This document shows positions 56,657 to 64,000 of a stretch of 64,000 bases of DNA, piece after piece. The stretch is from Lepidodermella squamata. Taxonomy: Eukaryota > Animalia > Gastrotricha. Location: NCBI GenBank assembly GCA_047495785.1, contig JBLDXI010000055.1, positions 992,001-1,056,000 of the forward strand, given 5' to 3'. The notes under the pieces were generated by a model. The model saw nothing but the letters and a program-made list of their open reading frames with translations, had not been told where the DNA came from and made no database searches. Numbering within the stretch: position 1 is the first letter of the stretch; every line of letters starts with the position of its first letter. The translations under genes and the position numbers were made by a program.

Positions 56657-57977
56657 TTACTTAGATTTTACGAGCTTTTTGACGAAATCACTCGCCGCCA
56701 TCGATGACGCGTCTTTCCCGTCGTCGTTTTTCAGCGTCGCATCGGCGCCTCGTTTCATGAGAAAGCGAATGAAGTCGAACTTGTTTTCCGTGACAGCTAT
56801 CATCAAAGGCGTCCAGTTGACACCTATTTCCAACATCTGACCCTTCAACTCGGACCAGTAAGGCGCCGACACTGTCGAACGCTCGTTAATATCAGCGCCT
56901 CGGTCAGCCAACACCTTGGCTATATCAGCGTACCCATACCTAATTTTTTCGAACATGAGCGAAATATCCATGGAGCATAGAATCTACCTAGCTGCAGACA
57001 ACATTGGAGTCCAGCCCAGTTTGTCCCGGACAGTTGGCCTAGCGTCCCACTGTAACAGAGCCTCGACTACGCCCGTGGCTCCATTGCATATCTGAAAGCA
57101 AAAGAAAATTAAATAAATTGATTAAATACATAGCTTTTATAGCCATTTCATCCGAATGAAAAATACCGCCCAAATCAAAGCCGTTGCTCCATTTTTGCTT
57201 TTGTGATCGACTTCAGCACCTTTGCTCAGCAGGAGCCGTGCAACTTCAGGATGGTTGCCGCGAGCTGCTCCAATGAGCGGTGTTATGCCATCGTCATCTT
57301 CCTCGTTGATATCACAGCCCTCGTCAATGCACAGTTCTACCATCAACTTGTGCCCGTAAAAAGCTGCGTGAATTAGCGCTGTAGCGCTTTTGTTATCCCG
57401 CGCCGTCACTTTAGCCCGCCTTTCCACTAAAATTTCAGCGATTCTCAGGTAGCCACTAGCCACCGCCCACATGAAAGGCGTCCAGCCATCTGCGTCCTTG
57501 TTGTTTATTTCTAAACCGCTGTCCAGCTGATACATAACCATGGCTAGATCATTAGCTTGAATAGCAGCTAGCAATTTATCATTCGGATCTTCCTCCTAAA
57601 AAATGGCAAAAATTACCATTGAAAATTCATAGGCAAGAATTTACCGGGGACAGCTGGTGTACTTTCTGGCTTCGTGGAGACAATGGCCTCATAGGGTCTT
57701 TGACTTCTTTCGCAGAGTCCTAAATATACCTGGAATAGATTTAAATTCGATTTAAGTTCCAGTGAAAAACCTGTAGTTGGAAATTTGCCAAATCCGGTTG
57801 GGCTGAAAATCGGCGCATAACGCTAGGGCTTCGAGCGATAGTCGGCGATCCTCCATCATTAACCGACAATCGGCTAACGTCCAGTAGTTTCAAGGCATCG
57901 GGCTGAGACAGGCGTCGCGCCATTCGAGGGCAGCAGTCTGAACTTGGGCGTGCTGGCATTTTTTTAGATGAACTCAT
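56657..57977 (-). CDS. Cytoplasmic ankyrin-repeat protein (5 exons)
   Basis: Multiple ANK repeats (GWTPFMWAV, GITPLIGAA, GWTPMLSAA, WTPLMIAV); Ser/Arg-rich N-terminal exon; joinable GT-AG introns. Confidence 0.85.
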
Positions 57978-59283
57978 GAGACAAATTTTTCACACTACAG
58001 AGCAGGTGGTGACAAAATACCTGAGGGGTGATATATTCACCGCCCGAAAAGAAGTCGCACCTGATTCGAACTCGCCGCCTTTTTCAATCGTGATGGTCAA
58101 TTTTCTGCGAGGCGTTTCTTGTAGAACAAATTTGAGATGATGAACCAGGTGCAACTCAATTATTGCAGCAATTGAGAGCGCGGCCGTTTTTTTGTTTCAG
58201 AGTAACCTTTTGACGTCCGGAGCAAAAAATGCCGCCGCACGAGTGGTACACCCGCGTGTCATTTGCCAAAGTTGAAAAGAAGCGGCTTTTTATGACGAAA
58301 AAATCAACTGTCGTATAAACTATAATTAATCTATAATTACTAGCAGCGTTAATAGAGCAGGCGCGTCTCTACGCTTTCGGACTGCGTTGACCGAGAATTA
58401 GCTAAAGCTAGGCCAAATTGATGGGCAAACACGTGTATAATATGAAGCCTTGATTTTATTCGAGGGACGAATCCAATCATCATCAGGGTTATATGATTTT
58501 ATGAATTTATATTCGGACCCAGAGATGATTTTTTTCTCATTTGTCTTTTTTCTCAGATTGTCGAGTTCGCGATATAGGACCGGCGTAACGCAGGGTGATT
58601 TTGGACAGTACACTTGCATCAGGTGATTAATGTTTCAGAATGGTGTTTTTTTTGTAAAAATTTCTCCGTCTCATCGGCTTTCGCTTGGCATAAAAATTGA
58701 TTGGAGAAAAATTGATATTTTCAGAATACTTTTGAATGAAAATCGACAAGGGCCTGATCTACCTCAGAAGTCGTACAAAAAGCGCAAGCTCCACAACACT
58801 GTCTCATTTGCCGCCTTTTTTATTTTTGATGCCGCAATTTTTTTAGAATTTGGCTGTTTTTGTTTCAAGAAGTTTGGAGTAGTCCCGAAAAATCATTAGG
58901 CACCTTGCCCATCTTTGATTGAAACTGATTGAAATTTCTTAGCAAAAACTGATTTTTAACCCTTTCGAAAAACAGGTTTTGTGCAAACAAGTTATCCGTC
59001 GTTACGGTTTGGCATCTGCAAATAATCCTTGCCAATATATTCAAGAATTTGCTTGTATTCATTGGAATATAACCTTCTGCTGGCATATCGAGATTTTATT
59101 TTTCAGCCATACGCCTCGCAGCGCTCTCGGCGCGATAACTTGATGCCACGATGATTCAGGGGGTACAATAACATTTCATAGATATAAAATTTGTGAGTAA
59201 GTAGACAGTGTGTATAATGTAAAGCTTATAAACAAGAGATCATGGTTGATGTTTAGTGTTTGTTTTGATCGTTTTTATGTCGT

Positions 59284-60720
59284 TTATTCAATGATCAGCC
59301 AATCTCTGGTGTCGAATCGGAGGCGGTAGTCGGGCTTTGGCAGCTGTCTGATATGCCACGCTGGGCAGCGTTTTTCCAGTTCTGTCGCGATTTTGTCTGT
59401 AGCCGTTAAATGAGCGATGTATTCGATATATTTAGCAATATCGAGTTCTGCGGCAAGAGTTCGCTCGCCGTAGCGTTGGGTAGCGGTCTCAAACCGCAGA
59501 TCAATACCAGTGACACCAGCGAAGGCGATCACATCGATAGGGTGCGTTTCTTGGGGAGGTTCAGTAGGGCTCTAAGGGCATAGGATTGAAGGTCCACAAG
59601 GCGACTCAGGGCTGAAGGGCTCATGCAGGACCAGGCCGGGGCACCATACAGCAACACCGGTTCTATGAGTGTCTGGTAAAATAAAACACAAACTCCTTTT
59701 GGCAAATTTTTAGCTCGGCAAAGGCCATACAGAGATCCGACGGTCTGTCGGATCTTTGACGAGATGACGTCGAGATGCGTCGACCATGAAAGGAGCGGCG
59801 TTAGGTGCAGACCTAGGTACCGGACTTGGGTAACCTGCGGGATGGCTTGGCCGTACAATCGTAGGTTGACAGTGGGTGGTGTGTTGCCGTAGTGGCCGAA
59901 GACGATCGCCTCGCACTTGGCAGGATTGAGTTTGAGGCGCCAGCGGTTGCACCAGCTTTCGATGGCGCAGAGCCGCCTCTGAAGGCGATGAACGCAGACG
60001 TGGTATTGGTCCCCGAAGGCCCAGTTAATGACGTCGTCGGCGAAGGTGCCCTTACCAACACGCCGAGCACCATCGTCAGGGAGACAGCTTTTGGGCTGCA
60101 TGTCGCTGGTGTAAAAAATAAATAGCAATGGCGACAAAGGCGACCCTTGAGGCACGCCACAAAAAATATTTCTGGACTGAGAAAGTTCGTTTCCGACTCT
60201 GACTTTAAAACTCCTGTCCCGAAGGAAATCTGAAACCCACCTGGTAATAGGCGACGGAAGACCCGACTGCTCCAGTTTTCTGCGAAGGCCGTCGTGCCAG
60301 ATACAGTCGAAGGCCGCTTTGAAATCGAGCAACATGGCAACAAGCTTTTTCCGTTTTGCAATTGATAAACCTACATCGCTAATAAATAGAAAAAGGGGAT
60401 CGGTTGTGGAGTGTAACGGCTGAAAGCCAAATTGGTGGCGTGGTAATTAATTGTGCATGGCTAAAAAATGGTATAAATATTTGGCAACAACAACTTCCAA
60501 ACCTTTGGCAATGGCCGGTAACAAAGACACCGGTCGGTAAGAATCGGGAAGGCGTGAATCTTTACCTGATTTTAAAATTGGAACGATGATCGCTACCTTC
60601 CAGTTTCTCGGTACAAAGCCACTGTTGAGGCTGAGTTGGTAGAGATACCGCAAGTGCTTCGCCAACTTTTTACCGCCGTGCTTTATGAGGACGTTGGAGA
60701 CGTTGTCCTTCTGCTGCTGC
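59284..60720 (-). mobile_element. 5'-truncated, frameshifted non-LTR retrotransposon RT (Jockey/I-group-like)
   Basis: WKVAIIVPILKSGK..SYRPVSLL, LLDFKAAFDCIWH, GVPQGSPLSPLLF, FADD, WRLKLNPAKC, VRYLG; frameshifts near 60400 and 59530. Confidence 0.92.
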
Positions 60721-60910
60721 CTCCAAAAATTAAATTCCTAGTTAACGAGCCCGGCTGTCATCTTATCAGCATTTACCCGTGGTCTCATATCTTCATTCTT
60801 CCCACTACCAAATTTATCAAAAATGTGAGAAAAAAAGAGGCAATGGGCATTTTGTCTCAGCGAAAAGCTGATACTTTATCAAACTACACTTCAGTCCACT
60901 AGAAAATAAC

Positions 60911-62949
60911 ATGGAACCAGCCTCTCCAGCCGCGTTCGGGGCGATCGACATTGCTGTATTAGTTGCGTACTTTGTGGCAGTCATCGCCACTGGAATCTAC
61001 GCCATGTGTAAATTTCAACGAAATACAACATCTGGCTATTTTCTAGCCGGTCGCTTCATAACTTTCCTCCCGATCGGAGCTTCTCTCTTTGTTAGTAACA
61101 TTGGCTCGGAGCACTTCATCGGCTTGGCTGGGTCAGGGGCAGCGACTGGTCTTGGAGTTGGGGCTTTCGAGTTTAACGTAAATACCCTAATCACGTTGAA
61201 AGTTAAAAAACTTGAATAATTTTACATCAGGCATTATTTTTGTGTCAATTGTTGGGATGGCTTTTTCTTCCTGTTTACATTGCCTCAGGCATAACAACGT
61301 TGCCCGAATACCTGAAGAAACGGTTTGGAGGGCGCCGGGTCAACATATACCTGTCTCTGGTTTCCCTCGCTATTTATGTTATGTCAAAAATATCGGTCAA
61401 CCTTTATTCCGGATCGCTCTTCATTCAAACAGCATTAGACTGGAACATCTACGCCTCGATCTCGCTTTTGATCGGTCTGACTGCGATTTTCACGCTATCC
61501 GGGGGTTTGGCCGCTGTTATTTACACCGATACAATACAGGCAGTGCTTATGATAGCTGGAGGCTTGACTCTTATGGTGTTCGCCTTCATTGAAGTTGGAG
61601 GAATTTCGGAGCTTTACTCGAGATACATGTTAGCTGCCCCGAACACTACTAGCTTCATGGATTTGAATCAAACAATAGCGGCAAATTGTGGTCTGCCAAG
61701 ACCCGACTCGCTGCAAATGCTTCGCGACCCTGTCGATTCCGACATTCCTTGGCCGGGTTTTTTGCTCGGAACAACCGCAGCCTGTATATGGTACTGGTGT
61801 GCCGATCAAGTCATTGTTCAGCGAGCTCTTGCGGCAAAAACTCTTGCCCACGGCCAAGGTGGTTGTCTCGTAGCGGGTTATCTCAAAATCCTGCCTCTAT
61901 TTATGATTGTTATGCCGGGAATGATCAGCCGAGTTTTGTACCCCGATGAAATTGCTTGTGTATTGCCTGATGAATGCGAGCGAATTTGCGGAAATAGAGC
62001 TGGCTGTTCCAACATGGCCTATCCTAAACTAGTCATGGAGCTGATGCCGTGTGGCCTTCGTGGCCTCATGGTCGCAGTAATGTTAGCCGCTCTCATCACC
62101 GATTTAACATCAATCTACAACAGCGCCTCCTCCCTATTTACGGTAGACATATACCCATTGTTCCGGGCAAAGGCATCGAACAAAGAGCTCATGATCGTCA
62201 GTCGACTGTTTATCGTCTTCATGACCGTTATTTCAATCATTTGGGTGCCGATTTTGAAGAGCGTGCAAGGTGGTCAGCTCTTTATGTACATCCAAGCCGT
62301 TCAAGCTTTCCTCGGGCCACCAATTGCCGCTGTATTCCTTATGGCTATCTTATGGCCTCGAGCAAATGAACAGGGGGCGTTTTGGTCTCTGATGGCTGGC
62401 TTAGTTACGGGCGGTATTCGGATGGCGCTTGACTTCAGCTACAGTGAACCGCAATGTGGCGAGCCGGATCTTAGGCCGGCCATTATCCGAGATGTTCATT
62501 ACATGTACTTCGCGCTGATTCTTTTTGTGCAGAGCGTGGTCGTAATTATCGTTGTAAGTAGGTTTACAACGCCTCTACCTCATTGGCGAATTATTCGAAC
62601 GATATTTCTACGCCGATATGACACGACTCTCAGACCTGATGAAATGCCAACGGAAACTATTGAACATCTCCTGGGCCACGATGAGGCGGGGTCTATTAAG
62701 GAAGAAAGCTCAAGCTGGTTCAAGCAGGCATTTGCTTGGTGGTGTGGTCTCGAAAGTGATAGCAAACATGCGAAGAAAGAGACAGAAGAGTCCGCCCAAA
62801 GAAACGTTGACAGACTTGTGTCGTTGTTGAGACAAGAATCGAGAACTTCCACTGTGTTGGCCGCGAACTTGATAATTATTTTGGTTGTAACAGTCGTTAT
62901 CTATGTTGTCTTTTCCTTACCGCCTAGTTGGCTAGGCTTTCGAATTTGA
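60911..62949 (+). CDS. SLC5 sodium/sugar or myo-inositol cotransporter (SGLT/SMIT-like); intron 61178-61230
   Basis: GYFLAGR, SNIGSEHFIGLAGSGAA, WYWCADQVIVQRALAAK, GCSNMAYPKLVMELMP. Confidence 0.93.
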
Positions 62950-63111
62950 AGAGTAAAACGAAAAAATTGTCATTCATATTTGAGTTTTGACAAAAAACAA
63001 GCACACGCCAACCCAAGCTAAGCTCGCGCCCTTCTTGCGGTGTTACATCACTGATCAAAAAAATTAAAATAAATTTATTTTTTCATTTTAATAAAATTAA
63101 TATTTTTGAAA

Positions 63112-63808
63112 ATGTGGCACCCAGGTCTTAACTATCCGACCGTCCCCGGCTCTACGCCAACCGCATGGACTCACCCTGGTTGGGGTACCATTACCCCGAG
63201 CCCGAGTCCGATGACTCCGTTGGCGCAAGTCGACAAGACGCTGAAGGCCATCGATCATGACCTGCATGGCATGAAGCTAGCAATTGATACCTCTCTCAGT
63301 ACTTTCGATAAGACACTCAACGCCTTCGAAAATGCCTTCTCATCGGAACTTAACGAGCAGCCGTCGCGCCCAGCTAACTTGATTGAGCACTATTCGTTGA
63401 TGAACCCGATCCGCATCGATGCTGATGGCAATCGCTGGCTCAACTTCTACTTCGACCTGCGCTCGTTCAAGCCAGAGGAGATCAGCGTCACCCTGAACTC
63501 GAAAGAGCGCTCGCTGAACGTCGAAGCTGCTCACGAGATCAAGGACTCGAAGGAGCACTACATTAAACGATCTTACTCACGCAAAGTCTTCATCCCGGAG
63601 AACCTGGCGATTGATTTGGCCAAAGCTGACATCAAATCTTGTCTCACGAACGAGGGATTGCTCTGCGTCGAGTCACCTCTACCTAGGGTATACTATTCAA
63701 TATTGCGCTTTTATGAGTTAATTTCAGTTTAATTTTATTTAGGAAGCCGGGAACACTTCGACCTCTACTTCAAACCTCATTTTCCCAGTTGCTGTCAAGA
63801 CCATCTAA
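63112..63808 (+). CDS. Small heat shock protein 5; exons 63112-63687, 63743-63808
   Basis: FSSELNEQPSRPANLIEHYSLMNPIRID..FDLRSFKPEEI..EGLLCVESPLPR|..IFPVAVKTI; AATAAA near 63880. Confidence 0.93.
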
Positions 63809-64000
63809 ATATGAAACTTGAAATATAAGATATAACCGATTTATGATTTTGGAATCCGATCAAAACTTCTGGAACTGATAATAAAATAGCCGCGAAAATT
63901 TCATTTTTTTCATACAAATTTCCTAATCGGAATACACTCGAATACACTTAAAACGCTGTGTTTTGTTGTCAAATTCATCGAAACCGTGCGATGACGACAT

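Noticed and set aside
58055-58080. GATTCGAAC B-box-like motif
   Set aside because: No tRNA cloverleaf can be folded around it.
58338-58395. Possible minus-strand Helitron 3' end (imperfect hairpin plus CTAG)
   Set aside because: Hairpin is weak and no convincing 5' terminus was found.

Overview
Gene-dense, compact-genome invertebrate (metazoan) DNA with mostly 40-60 nt GT-AG introns; the species cannot be named from sequence alone. It contains: five small heat-shock proteins (alpha-crystallin domain) with very different N-termini; two intact intron-bearing Xi-class (YqjG/ECM4-like) glutathionyl-hydroquinone reductases plus a fragment; three members of an unrecognised secreted/surface protein family (one missed by the ORF track because it runs off the left edge); a divergent H3-H4 histone pair with 3' stem-loops; NPC1; an SRP (7SL) RNA gene; seven co-oriented SLC16 transporter genes; three tandem cathepsin-L-like genes whose catalytic Cys is replaced by Ser; two SLC5 symporters; an ARG1/DNJ-16-like J-protein; two ankyrin genes (one with a signal peptide); an orphan disordered protein; a non-autonomous Helitron; and two decayed LINEs. 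Strongest leads: the Ser-His-Asn (silicatein/testin-like) cathepsin triplet, the unknown secreted family that recurs next to sHSP and Xi-GST genes, the probably horizontally acquired Xi-GSTs, a non-canonical histone downstream element, and a UAAC helix-8 loop in the SRP RNA. Exon boundaries were read by eye and are unvalidated.
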